64,000 bases of DNA from NCBI GenBank assembly GCA_020137815.1, contig CM035351.1, forward strand, positions 3,162,001 to 3,226,000, given 5' to 3'. A program made the position numbers and the translations under genes. The notes under the pieces are model-generated. The model saw only the letters and a list, made by a program, of their open reading frames with translations. It ran no database searches and was not told where the DNA came from. Source of the DNA: Hormiphora californensis (lineage: Eukaryota; Animalia; Ctenophora). Positions 26,623 through 38,987 of this stretch are shown piece after piece; positions within the stretch are counted from its first letter, which is position 1, and each line of letters begins with the position of its first letter.

Positions 26623-28379
26623 AATTTTACATTTTTACTGAAATTTTTCAACGGCAACTCTTTTTTGAACGGCCAATTCAATTTGAACGTTAAGCAATCG
26701 AGCACCACTGGGGTGTATCTCATGATGTAATAATAAATAAGCTGAAAAATGAGTTTAATTTAGGAGGTAAGATGTTGCGTTTCCTAATGAATTATTTATC
26801 TGGTAGGCAACAGAGGGTTGTGTTAGATGGGGATTTTTCAGAATGGGTAGAGGTTAGGAGTGGAGTTCCACAAGGATCAATACTAGGCCCTTTCTTGTTT
26901 GTGTTATTCATAAATGATATTGTTAATGTTTTAAGAGAAGATGATCTAACTAAAATTAGGCTATATGCAGATGATCTGAAAATTTGGCGGGTTATAAATA
27001 GTGAAGAAGATAGTTTGCAGCCCGACATCGATAGTTTAGTGGAATGGGCAAAGGATAATAAAATGATATTCCATCCTAAAAAGTGTAAGCTGCTTAGGTG
27101 TACTAAAATTATTAAACAACGTCAATTAATTTATCACCTAGGCAGAGATGAAATCAAATTATGTGAAAATGAAGTTGATCTAGGAGTCTCAACTAATCAC
27201 AAATTGTCGCCAATCGAACACCAGAAAAATGTTGTTTCCAAAGCTTCTCAAAGATTAGGACTGGTGAAGCGTGTAGGCGTATTAGTTAAATGTCCCCTTA
27301 AAAAGAAGAACCTCTACATTAGTCTAGTTAGATCTTTGTTCGAACACTGTAGCCAAATATGGCGTCCACAAAGTGAGTCAAGTCTGCTTAAGTTTGAACG
27401 ACTCCAGAAACGTGCCACAAAATGGATATTCGGTGAAACAGATACCAGTTATAGTTTAGATACGTATATAAAGAAACTCAGGGAGATTGACGTACTCCCA
27501 ATGACTCAAAAATTTCAATATAATGATCTTAAATTGTTCCATAAAATATTCTATGAGACGTCTCCTATAAAACTCCCATCTTTCCTACAAAAATACAATC
27601 CGGAATTACATGACAGACGTGCCACCAGACAACAAACAAAACGAGACAGTACGGACATTATATGTACCGAACAACCCAGAGTAGACCTGTTCAAAAACTG
27701 TTACTTTTATCGCTGCCACCTTGAGTGGAACTTACTTCCTAAAGAACTGAGAAATACAGCTGAACACCATTTATTTTCCTCTAGACTGAAAGACCATCTC
27801 TGGAAAGCCTTACACGACATAACTTAATTCGCTGCTGTGGTGTGGGCCCCTTTCTCTTCTTTATCTTATATACAGTAACTGTCCTTCTTCCGCACATAGC
27901 TTACATTGTACTCAAATTGAAGGTTTGGAGTGGTGTTGAGCAGTTTGAAACAAGATGGTGGACCCGCACCACAGATGTGAATTATAACTGATCTTAACAT
28001 CTACCCAACAGTCGACATGACGTTAAATTCGGGGTATGGTTCATGGGGGAGGGAGGTAGGGGATTGGGAATCAAGGGTAAATATTAAGTATAATTGTTAT
28101 TATTAATGAGTGAAATAAATTTAGCTTACAACTAGTATAAGAGTGTGTTTTAGCCTTATAGCTACTTTTTTTAAATATTTTTAAATGAGTTTTTTAAGAC
28201 GTAAGCACTCGCGCCTTAGGCTGCTAAACTATTAGTAAGAGTCAGTCGGGTATTTATTTAATGTGCAATTTGTACGTTTATATAATATCTATTTCAAATC
28301 AAATCAAGAATAGAGACCGATCTTTTAACAACAATCAACATTTAGCCAGAGCAAGTTATGGCCATGGTAATGCCAAGGG

Positions 28380-28790
28380 GCCAATTAGCATATGTTACAG
28401 GCCCTCGTCGTAGTGACATATTTACATGGCTCCTCGAGGTGCCCAAAAAATCGAACGCAGCCCTCGAGATTTCAAAATTTGTACCACGAACACGAAATTT
28501 CAAAATTCAAAAAATTTAAATTTCAAAATTTCCACGCGCGCATGAAATGCAGCGTTGAAGGCTGAAAAATTCGCCGCGGCGATAAAATGCGTCGTGAACG
28601 AAGAGCCGCGCGGCCCGGTGCGGTTCCAAAAAATTTTTCGCTTTGATTTTGATTTTTTTTAACCGTTCCTAAAAGCTAAAAAAGTTTCCCACCTCCTGCG
28701 TTTAAAGGCGCTTACCTATCCCGCGGGATCGGCAGCTTTTGCCAACCTTCTGCGTCACGTTAACGGACTGACACAGAAGTTAGGAATGTT
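28380..28790. promoter_or_regulatory. Candidate (bidirectional) promoter upstream of NAA25 and, across the LINE, RPL28
   Basis: Local CpG/GCGC-rich island interleaved with TTTCAAA/AAATTT tracts between divergent gene runs. Position-based inference only. Confidence 0.4.
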
Positions 28791-28849
28791 AAAACCATTA
28801 AAAAACCACCGATTCTTGTCTAGTAAGATATGGAGTAGGGTAACACGAC

Positions 28850-31800
28850 ATGTCTGGGACAGTGGAGAGAAAACTCCGTCCGCTGTATGATGCTCTTGAC
28901 AACCTCAACAACAAACAAGTCATCCAGCGAGCAGACAAACTACTGAAGAAGGAGAAGGACTTACACTGTGCTAAAGTCCTGAAGGCCCTAGCTCTAGTGA
29001 GGCTTATGAAAAATGGAGAAGCCATGTCATTATTGAACGAAGTTAAGGAGTGTTTCCCTCTGGATGAGTCTACGTTACAGGCCATGTGTTATTGTTACAA
29101 GGAGCTTCTGTGTCCTGAAGAGATCCCATTCCTGTACGAGACTGCACTGAAGTACACTCCGAATAGTGAGGACCATCTGACACAGCTCTTTATGAGTTAT
29201 GTTAGGGTTCAAGAATACAAGAAACAGCAACAGGTAACCTTTTTTTGCAAAGACATCACTATAATCAATCAAAATCGTTGTAACTGAGATCTTGTTTGTT
29301 CTTTTTGTTATCTTGATTTTCCTTACATTTCAAACTTTTCAACACTACTTTAAACAAATTAATTTGAGCGCGCGCCCGTGCGTTTCAAATCTTCCTATCT
29401 AGGGTCTAGCCCTATGTCAACCATGCCAAACACGAAATGTAATGACAACCTTGATGTCGATGTATACAAGACATACAACGAACTAGAGGAAATTGAGAAG
29501 AAATGGCCCGGATCCAAAGGGGAATTTTACTTCTGTCCCTGCCGGCGCTACCTCCCTGGAGTTACTGCAATCGGTTGCTCTACATGTAGCGGATGGTTTC
29601 ATTTGAGCTGTGTTGGTATTGCGGGCTTGAACAAAGAAGCGCTTAAAAGTATTAAGTGGACCTGCCCACGCTGCTTGCCCCTACATTCCAGATGAGCCAC
29701 CAACACCTGGGTATGTGCGGGCGAATAACAACTCAGTGTTGGATTGGACCATGGGAGGTCGATGGAAATTCGATAGAACTGTATGGGCATTGTGAGTGAC
29801 ACTAAATCTTGGTGCTTAGGCACTGTGGTGTGGTCAATGGGCACGAGCTTGCTCGCTTGTTTCATTATCTTTATAATGTTACATTAATGCCTACGCTACA
29901 TTGAAGAGGGTGCGTCCGCGAAACTCCGGCCACCTGAAGAAAGAAGAGACGAGAGTGTTGGGCGTAGATTTTGTTAAAATGAATTGCGTTTAAGTTTTTA
30001 ATTTAATTTATTAAACTAATAATCGAACTTTTGTACTGTAAAATAAAGTCAGTTTTAAATGTGTGTTCTTGAGAGGTGGTCATGTTTTGTTGATAGCCTT
30101 AATTATTTTTCAAGTTTCAAGTTTCAAGTTTCAAGTTTCAAGTTTCATTCCCACAGGTGGCAACTAAACTTGTAAAGTTGACATCTAAATCTGCGTACAG
30201 TTATTGGAATGCAGCCAGCCTCTTTTTAATGGGTAAAGAGAACCCAGAGCTGGGAAAGATGATGTGTTTTCCATTGGCTCTAAAAGTGATCGAAAAGACA
30301 AAAGAGAAGTCCCCCGAGGTTGCAGAGGAAGGTTAGTGTTAGTTTCACTGCAGTTCACTCACTCACCATCTTCTTTGTTAACCTTTGTCGAACTAGGCAA
30401 CAATCCTCTCTCTCTAAACTAACACTAACTATTTGCTGTCACCCCATGTTGTGTGCTAACATTTATGGGGCGTAGAGAGATAGAGAGGGTCACACCCTAC
30501 AAGTCATCCCTAACTTACTGCTTCCTCCCCAAGTATTCAGGCTCTATCTGGACGTGTTAGAAGTGCTGGGAGAGAACAGACAAGCACTACAAGAATTAGA
30601 GAACTGTGACAGAAACAAACTGATAGATGACAGAGAGAGATGGAGGTTGAAACTCCATTATGGAACACTGTTAGGAGACACAGAGATGTGTAATATCTTG
30701 TACAAGGAGGCAATTGTTAATGAGTAAGTCTTTCTCTCCCTCCTCCTTCATTCCTTTTTTTAGGAGAGAGCGATCCCACTCATTCCTTTCTGGATATCCT
30801 CCTTCAGACTTTTCAGTTTCAAACCCAACACTACTGAGAAAGTCTAACACCCCCCCCCCCTTGTTTAGGCCAGATAGCTATAGTTACTTCAAGGGGTATT
30901 TCGACACTGCATTTCCTCTTCTAACTGACACATCTTACACACACAATGAGGATTTTGAAATTACTCCCAACCAGTACGTATTTCGCTAGTTTTCTCTTAT
31001 TAGACTGCTACAGCTTTCTCTGTCGCTATTCTACTCTAGTTTATCATACATTATACAATAATATTGTACATATCATCATCGTAATAACATTGCTGTAATA
31101 TGCACATTTCAACATCGTTGTAACATTGTTACAGGTGTGATAGGAGTGTGAGTGATATGACGGGGTTGTTGTTAAAGGTGTCAGATGGCATCATGAGAGG
31201 ACCCGAACTGGCCAAGATAGACCTTGTAATGAGGTTAAAGGAGCTGGGAGTTGAGGTTTGCCCTTTCGCCTCATCTAACCTCCTTATACTTGACTTTGTG
31301 CAGAAATTTGGGCACAAAATGTGCTGCTACGACGACCTTACAGTCGTATTAGGTAGGTACTGTAGGAACTGTCATTTATATTGACCTGTCAATGTCACCC
31401 CCCCTCAATATCATGGTAACGCGTGTCGCGTACTACAGGGTGTCCCACTGTCTTTGCGTGACCTGCGATTACTGGTCATGACCGGGCTCCTTCAAATTAA
31501 TCAAAACTCGTCGAAAAATTGGTCAAAATGGTTCAAACAAAAACCAGTGTTCTAGAGAATTGTCTGGCGAACACTTTGGTTGCAAGATTGACGTTCCAAG
31601 TCTTACCAATCGTCAGATATATCGTCCTAAAGTCAAAAATACGTGTTCAAGAAATCCGACTGGGGTTCACGTTTTGAAAAATTCACAAATGCAAAGTTGC
31701 TCGGATCACATTGCATCCCTCATAAGAGTTGTGGGAAGTTGTCTGGCGGTCATTTTGGTACCCGGGTTTTTGTCCTAGCTCAATGTTTAGAATGTCTTAT

Positions 31801-34800
31801 GACTGTCTAAAGACAAAATTCAACCAGCATTTTTGAGGGGATCACGTGTCATCAACAAATGGGTAAAATGATTTGAAATTTACAAGAGCTTCATTGGAAT
31901 CGTCTAGGGTTCATTTTGATACCATGGTTTTTCCCATAGCTCTACGTTTAAGTTGCGTTATGACTGTAGGAACATGGAGATTTTTCTATGCTGAGTCTTA
32001 GTTGGTATCGGCTCACAACCTCTAATTAGGTGGCTCGGTGTCGTGTGTAATCCCATGATAATCAGCACATATCGTCTCAATTTCATCTAGACACTTGACA
32101 GGGTTGTTATGACGATTTGGCAAGGCCCCTGTTAATGTGTAGGATACGCAAGTGGTCTATCTCAACCCTATCATGCACTAAGATGTTATTCAAGCAGCTA
32201 TAAGCTTCATAACAGGGCAAAATGCAATGCGATACCTGAGACCACTTTTGGGAAAATTCCAGTTCTGACGGTCATAAGACACTCTAAACATTGAGCTAGG
32301 ATAAAAACCCGGGTACCAAAATGACCGCCAGACAATTTCCTACAACTCTTATGAGGGATGCAATGTGATCCGAGCAACTTTGCATTTGTGAATTTTTCAA
32401 AACGTGAACCCCGGTCGGATTTCATGAACACGTAATTTTGACTTTACGACGATATATCTGAGGATTGGTAAGACTTGGAAAGTCAATCTTGCAACCAAAA
32501 TGTTCGCCAGACAATTCTCTAAAACACTGGTTTTTGTTAGAACCATTTTGACCAATTTTTCGATGAGTTTTGGTTAGTTTAATGGAGCCCGGTCATGACC
32601 CAAAATCGCAGGTCACGCAAAGACAGTGGGACACCCTGTACTATTACCATCTCGCTACCACCAAATTCCAATATAAATATTGTGTCATATTGAATCACAT
32701 CCTTTCTTTCTAATATACAGTTGTCAGTTACACACGCCCCTCTCCATTTGACAGGTCGACTGACAGACATTCCCCTTCCTTCACACACTACTAACATACC
32801 CCCTCCTTCCCACATTACTAACACACCCCTCTCAGGTCGACTGACTAACTGACATACCCCCTCCCTTCCCACATTACTAACACACCCCTCTCAGGTCGAT
32901 TGACTAACTGACATACCCCATCCTTCACACATTACTAACACACTCCTCTCAGGTCGATTGACTAACTGACACACCCCATCCTTCCCACACTACGAACACA
33001 CCACCTCCTTCACACACTACTAACACACCACCTCCTTCCCACACTACTAACACACCCCTCTCAGGTCGATTGACTAACTGACACACCCCATCCTTCACAC
33101 ACTACTAACACACCCCTCTCAGGTCGATTGACTAACTGACATACCCCATCCTTCACACATTACTAACACACTCCTCTCAGGTCGATTGACTAACTGACAT
33201 ACCCCATCCTTCACACACTACTAACACGCCCCCTCCTTCCCACATTACTAACACACCCCTCTCAGGTCGATTGACTAACTGACATACCCCATCCTTCACA
33301 CATTACTAACACACTCCTCTCAGGTCGATTGACTAACTGACATACCCCATCCTTCCCACACTACTAACACACTCCTCTCAGGTCGATTGACTAACTGACA
33401 CACCCCATCCTTCCCACACTACTGACACACACCCCTCTCAGGTCGACTGACTAACTAACACACCCCCTCCTTCCCACACTACTAACACAAACCTCCTCCC
33501 CCAGGTCGACTGACTGCTCCGGAAGACAAGATTGAACTAATAACTCTACTGGAGGACTACAGAGTATCAGTAAAAGAGAACAATGGAACGAAAGCAATGG
33601 CACGGCTAGCTACCCTTCACATGTTATTGCACCACTTAGAGAGCTATACGATGCCCTTACCCGAGGGCAAAGTGGATATGTCACTGACGGAGATAGAAAA
33701 CTTTGCTAACATAACACTTGAAGGTTGGTATGGTGAGTGATAAATCTCAATTAGTTAGTTAATTAATTAGTTAGTTAATTAATTGAAGTCTCAAATACAT
33801 CTCTTGGGAAGTTTTTGTATTCGTTTTTGGTTGACAGTTTTGGGGAGTTTTACACCAATCTAAGTTCACCATGAGTTAAATTATACTTGTCCACTGTTTC
33901 ACACTAACTAAACTTGCCAAGTTAGACTGTTACTATTATTAAAATAAAAGAGTTTGAACAAAACAAAACACCTCCCTCTCTCAGGTGATCTAGGGTGTGG
34001 TTATATTGAAACATTTGCTGCACTCTACACTTGGAGACAATGTGGAACTAACGCTACTAAATCTGACATAGTCTCTGCTATCAAGTAAGATATTTTTTCA
34101 CCCCCTCCCCGGTCCCCCGTGCTTCTTGGTACTTAACTATAACAGTCTTGAAGTGTTTATACATGTCCAGTTAATCCATCCTATCTCTGCAGGGTATTGA
34201 CTGCTAAACTGGAGCAAGCCCCTGAATCAGCCACCTGTCGTCTTCTAGCTACAAGATTATATGAGCACTTGGGAGGCATCGGGCCCGCAGTAAGTAAGTC
34301 CGTAGTACTTACTTAACTGACAATTTGTGTGTGATTAGAATAACTATCAGTCTTATACTCTTTCTCGTAAATGTATTGGGAGATTGTGTCTGCATATAAT
34401 CGTGGGTTTAGAAACAGTTCACTGTACCATGTTACAATTCATGTTAAACACACCCACCCCTCCCTAGGTGGAAACATACGGTGGACTGGATACGAAATCA
34501 GTGCAACTTGATTCTCTAGCACACCTCCTTTACCCTAGTTACCTGTCCCTTGGGGCATTCAATAGGGCAGACAAACATGCCAGACAAATGGAATCTTTCT
34601 ATCGGACCAACGAGCGAGAGGTATCAGTCATATTTGGGATAATAAGGTGTTTATTTTGTATACACAGCGGTACACAAGATACAATTTATTTGAAACACAC
34701 CAAGTATCATGAGATAGAGGGACCGTGGGTTTGGTGTTGGCGGCGGGCGCGCTCCCTCCTTTCAAAGGAGCTCCCGTAGGCACTCCACCCAGAATTTTGT

Positions 34801-36750
34801 GCGCGTGGGAGAGATCTCTTCGCGCTAGATCTGTCTGTGTGGTTTGTGTGTCTGTTCGTTTGTTTGTCTCTATCTGTGCATCTATGATCCACCCCGGAAT
34901 ATTATCTAAGACCTCTTCCCTCTCCCAGGTCCTAGAATACATAGTGAAATCATATCTAGCTGGGAAGTTCAACAAAGTCCCAGAGCTGTTCAATCTCCAA
35001 GAAAGCTTGTCCCGCAGTATCTCAAAAGCTGTATTTGCTCTGGATAAGATTTGGTTGAGTTTCATCCTTACTACGCCGGTATCGTGGCAAAACATTGGTA
35101 GGTACTAAAAACATTTGTTCTTAACCATAACTAAATCTAGCTTCCGTTCTAACTTCCGTCCTTCTCTCGACCCTCACTCACCCATCCTGTCCCTCCAGAG
35201 ACCCTATCTCACCCCTCCTCCCCTCCAGAGACCCTATCTCGACCCTCTCTCACCCATCCTGTCCCTCCAGAGACCCTATCTCACCCCTCCTCCCCTCCAG
35301 AGACCCTATCTTACCTATTCTCCCCTCCAGAGACCCTATCTTACCTATTCTCCCTCCAGAGACCCTATCTCACCCCTCCTCCCCTCCAGAGACCCTATCT
35401 CGACCCTCTCTCACCCATCCTGTCCCTCCAGAGACCCTATCTCACCCCTCCTCCCCTCCAGAGACCCTATCTCACCTATTCTCCCCTCCAGAGACCCTAT
35501 CTTACCTATTCTCCCTCCAGAGACCCTATCTTACCTATTCTCCCTCCAGAGACCCTATCTTACCTATTCTCCCCTCCAGAGACCCTATCTTACCTATTCT
35601 CCCTCCAGAGACCCTATCTTACCTATTCTCCCCTCCAGAGACCCTAGTTACAGCTGCTAAAGACGACCTGTCCATGATCGAATGTGACAACCTAATAGAC
35701 AACAGAGACTACAACTGCAACGAACAATGTTCACCCCGTGCGGCAGAACTTGCTGAAATACAGAAAAACATGAGCTTCGCCCACGACTCCCTCTATGTTC
35801 GCATGCGACGCTTCATGATTGAGGGAATTACAGCGCTGGTGAGCGGCGAAGATGTGGCCCCTCTTTTGGAGCGGTACCTGACTGAAGTTGTAGAGCGGGC
35901 TGTTGAGATCCCATGTAGAGGGGATCTTCCTGTGTACCTTATGATGTCTAACAGCATGGCTCCCTGGGTCCAGTATGTTCCTTATCTTGGTACAGCGGTG
36001 GAACAGGCTCATGCTCTGTCTAGGTTGACAGTGGGTGGAGAGCAGGGAGAGTATACTGGCAAGGAGTTGTTAGCAGAGTTTGGGAAGATCGTGGAAATTA
36101 CGAGGGGGAAAGTGATAGCTGAAGATGGGACGTTAGAGAACTCAAACTTGGCGTACCTTTCTTGTCTCATACAGGTATTGAAATTGCCAAAATTTTTAAA
36201 TATCCGATCTATGTTAGATTTTTCACTGTCTGCATTCTCTAATCCCCTTCTAACCTCCACTCCCTCCCCCTCAGTGTCTATGTTTCACCGTGGTTTGCTA
36301 CTCCCCGGGAGTGTCTGCTTGCAGGGTGGTCCGAAAAAAGAAGGCCCTGGCAGAGGCATCACTGGCAGATCTCAAGAACATGATTTCAGACACCCAGAAA
36401 TTGTGTGAGGAATGCAAATCGTTAGCGGTTGTGTTCAAACTAACCAACCTCAGCATAGACAAGGTGAGAGTTTGAGGAACCGGGATTTTGTTGGTGGTTA
36501 CGTTGGTTCCCTGTCATGTTCATAATGTTGTTTGTAAATTTTAGACATGTACATCTTTGATATTATGAATGCCATCTCACTCTTTGTTTGATTTCAGGAG
36601 GACAGCGTGGATAGTAAGATAGCTTCCAGCGTAGAATGGACAATAGAGAATTTCTCGCGGGTCCTAGATAAGATGGCCAATCTAGCAAAGACATTTTCAA
36701 TGGTACAGAGACCGGGGACTGTAGTAAAGAAACAGGGGAAACAATCATGA
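28850..36750 (+). CDS. NAA25: N-alpha-acetyltransferase 25 (NatB auxiliary subunit, MDM20), multi-exon
   Basis: ERKLRPLYDALDNLNNKQVIQRADKLLKKEKDLHCAKVLKA, LFMSYVRVQEYKKQQQ, RGPELAKI, KFGHKMCCYDDL, LDTKSVQLDSLAH. GT-AG exons can be followed to a last exon ending TGA at 36748-36750. Confidence 0.92.
29300..30147 (+). mobile_element. Short LINE-derived element in NAA25 intron 1: PHD-finger ORF fragment plus (TTTCAAG)n tail
   Basis: ORF 29378-29695 has C-x-C...C-x2-C-x4-H-x2-C...W-x-C-x2-C (PHD finger, typical of CR1/L2 ORF1 N-termini); (TTTCAAG)x5 at ~30108-30147. The 5' boundary is uncertain. Confidence 0.65.
31436..32638. mobile_element. Non-autonomous Tc1/mariner-type element with ~370-bp TIRs, TA TSD, in a NAA25 intron
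   Basis: TA|CAGGGTGTCCCACTGTCTTTGCGTGACCTGCG...CGCAGGTCACGCAAAGACAGTGGGACACCCTG|TA. Shares the terminal CAGGGTGTCCCA with the 8456-10022 element. Confidence 0.9.
32745..33515 (+). repeat. ~58-bp intronic minisatellite made of duplicated 3' splice sites
   Basis: Unit ...TACTAACACACCCCTCTCAG|GTCGATTGACTAACTGAC...; 11 copies precede the in-frame acceptor at 33504. Confidence 0.9.
35165..35647 (+). repeat. ~29-42-bp intronic minisatellite of acceptor-like units
   Basis: About 15 copies of CCCTCCAG|AGACCCTA; the last copy runs in frame into the NAA25 exon. Confidence 0.88.
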
Positions 36751-36781
36751 GAGAAAGAGAAGAGTACTGTGTGATATTGAT

Positions 36782-36972
<191 letters not shown>

Positions 36973-37118
36973 CGTGCTTGCTCATTTACCAGATGTGTGT
37001 ATTTTTGATGTGACGATTATTTTCTCGTAGAAAAAAAGAAAGTTCCTCTTCTAAATCTCCCTGACTTGAATACACTCCCCCAAGTCCCATAACATCTTTA
37101 ATTTCATTGTAGCACGGT

Positions 37119-37313
37119 ATGTATCTGCAGTTTTACACCGATGACAATGGAAAGAGGGTCTACACTTTGAAGAAGATTAACCCCACCGGTACCCCCACCA
37201 TCTCTGCTCACCCTGCCCGGTTTAGCCCTGACGATAAGTACTCTAAACACAGAATCCTGACCAAGGAGAGGTTTGGTATCCTGCCAACTCAACAACCCGC
37301 TCCTACCTACTGA
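37119..37313 (+). CDS. NOP10: H/ACA RNP subunit NOP10
   Basis: [19 protein letters not shown]...[18 protein letters not shown]...[10 protein letters not shown], 64 aa. Confidence 0.97.
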   Translation: MYLQFYTDDNGKRVYTLKKINPTGTPTISAHPARFSPDDKYSKHRILTKERFGILPTQQPAPTY

Positions 37314-37640
37314 GAGGGAGGGTGTGGATATATGTATCTTCAATGTGGTTCAGAGAGAGAGGGCGGGAAAATATGGACAAATAATATGCCAACTGCAGGA
37401 CTGTAATTTATTTCAATTTAACTTATTCTTTTACGAAAAGTAATAACCATTTTATCAATTACATTTCCCAAGATTGATAGAACCCTGGCCTCACAATTTA
37501 ATTAAGCTGCCCTAACCACCGCCCCTCTCGTTGAAATTAAGTTTCCCTAACCACTCCCTCTAGTTCAGAAACCCTAACCACCTCTCTCTCCTTCTGTCGC
37601 CCTAACCACTTTCTCATTCTGATCTATAGCTCATAGGAAG

Positions 37641-38464
37641 ATGGGTATTGACATCAACCATAAGCACGACCGAAAGGTCCACAGGACCGAGCCAGTCTCC
37701 CAGAATGTCTACATCAGGCTGCTGGTGAAGCTGTACAGGTTCCTCGCCCGACGAACCAACGGCAAATTCAACCAGGTACAGACATTTCCTCGATCACAAA
37801 GATAAATTATATTCCCCGTATAATAACTGAAATCCTCCTCTAATTAACTCCATTCAATTAATTAATTAACTAATTCCCCCCCCCCTGCAGGTCATCCTGA
37901 AGAGGCTGTTTATGTCCCGACAGAACAGGCCCGCTATCTCTCTGGCTCGAATTGCCAGGCAGATGAAGAACAAGAGCAGGGCTGGCAAGACCGTCGTTGT
38001 TGTTCGGAACCGTCACTGATGACAAGAGGATCTTTGAGGTGAGCTAGCCATCTTGATATGCAAAGGCCCCTTCTTTATGTCAAGGAGCAATCCTTTGATT
38101 CCTGTCTCTTGAAATTTAAAATAATGGCAGACCCCTTAATTGTGATGAGACCCAAATTAACCTCCCTGATCTTCCCACCCAGGTGCCCAAGGTGAAGGTG
38201 TGTGCTCTAAGGTTCACAGAGGGAGCCAGGACCAGAATCATGAAGGCTGGTGGATCTTGCATTACATTCGAGCAGCTGGCTGTTGAGGCTCCCCTCGGAC
38301 AGAACACTGTCGTTCTGCAGGGAAGGAGGACCGCCAGGGAGACCAACTCTCACTTCGGTGCCCCTGGACTTCCCAACTCCCATGCCAAGCCCTTCGTGCG
38401 AGAGAAGAGCAGGAACCACGAGATGGCTCGAGGCCGAAGGAAGACTTGCGGATACAAGAAATAG
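37641..38464 (+). CDS. RPL18: 60S ribosomal protein L18 (eL18); exons 37641-37775, 37891-38038, 38183-38464; apparent extra base at 38004-38005
   Basis: [39 protein letters not shown]...KRLFMSR...[10 protein letters not shown]...ALRFT...ARGRR. Confidence 0.95.
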
Positions 38465-38987
38465 GATGTTTGTCATTTCAACCCCGTCTTTTATTTTTAT
38501 CCATTGAAATGTGATGCGTTTTGTTCTTTGTACAACTTTTGGTTGGGTGGGGTGAGACTTGGTCGATCAGGCAAACTTATGTGGGTGTTGGAACCAGAAT
38601 GATGTCTCGCAATGCAACATTGTACTGGAGAGAACCGCGGTCAGAGCATTGGCCTGACAGATGCGTCTGTCGCAGGCCAATGCTGGCCGCGGTTCTGTAA
38701 CAGAAGGGATGTCATTATCTGGCGTCACATGACCCAACCTCACGTTGTCTGGCTGGCCCGATGGATACTGGCGGATTTAAAAGAGGCTCTGCCGAGCCGC
38801 CAGACAGACCTCACGCAGAAAAATGGCTCAGCAATGACAGGCACCCCCCTGGTGACGTGAAACAGGTCACTTCGAATAACAATTTACGCCTTGAGAAAGG
38901 ACGCAGCCAAGATTGTTGCATTGCGAGACGAGGTTTGTTCAAATGAAAACACGGCAATTTTAAGATAAAATTGGAAAATAACATAAG

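Larger units (their letters stand above)
25860..26712. mobile_element. Non-autonomous DNA transposon (8-bp TSD, hAT-like) inserted in the LINE RT; carries ~170-bp internal tandem repeats
   Basis: GTGTATCT|CCCAGTGGTGCTCGATTG...CAATCGAGCACCACTGGG|GTGTATCT. Three internal repeat units at ~25955-26495. Confidence 0.9.
24595..28307 (+). mobile_element. 5'-truncated CR1/L2-group LINE (end of APE endonuclease + RT), interrupted at 25860-26712
   Basis: PTHRDGNILDLIL and SDH (APE end); KATGPDNID, YRPISL, QHGF, DFQKAFDSV, SGVPQGSILGP, YADD, DLGV. Stop at 27827; 3' tail (TCAAA)n at ~28293-28307. Excising the insertion restores FDSVSHDVIINKL. Confidence 0.92.

Noticed and set aside
35115-35660. 181-aa proline-rich ORF
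   Set aside because: Read-through of an intronic minisatellite.
38039-38182. C/D snoRNA in RPL18 intron 2 (also TGATGA boxes at ~58950-58980)
   Set aside because: The C- and D-like boxes are too close together or the D box is missing, and there is no terminal stem.
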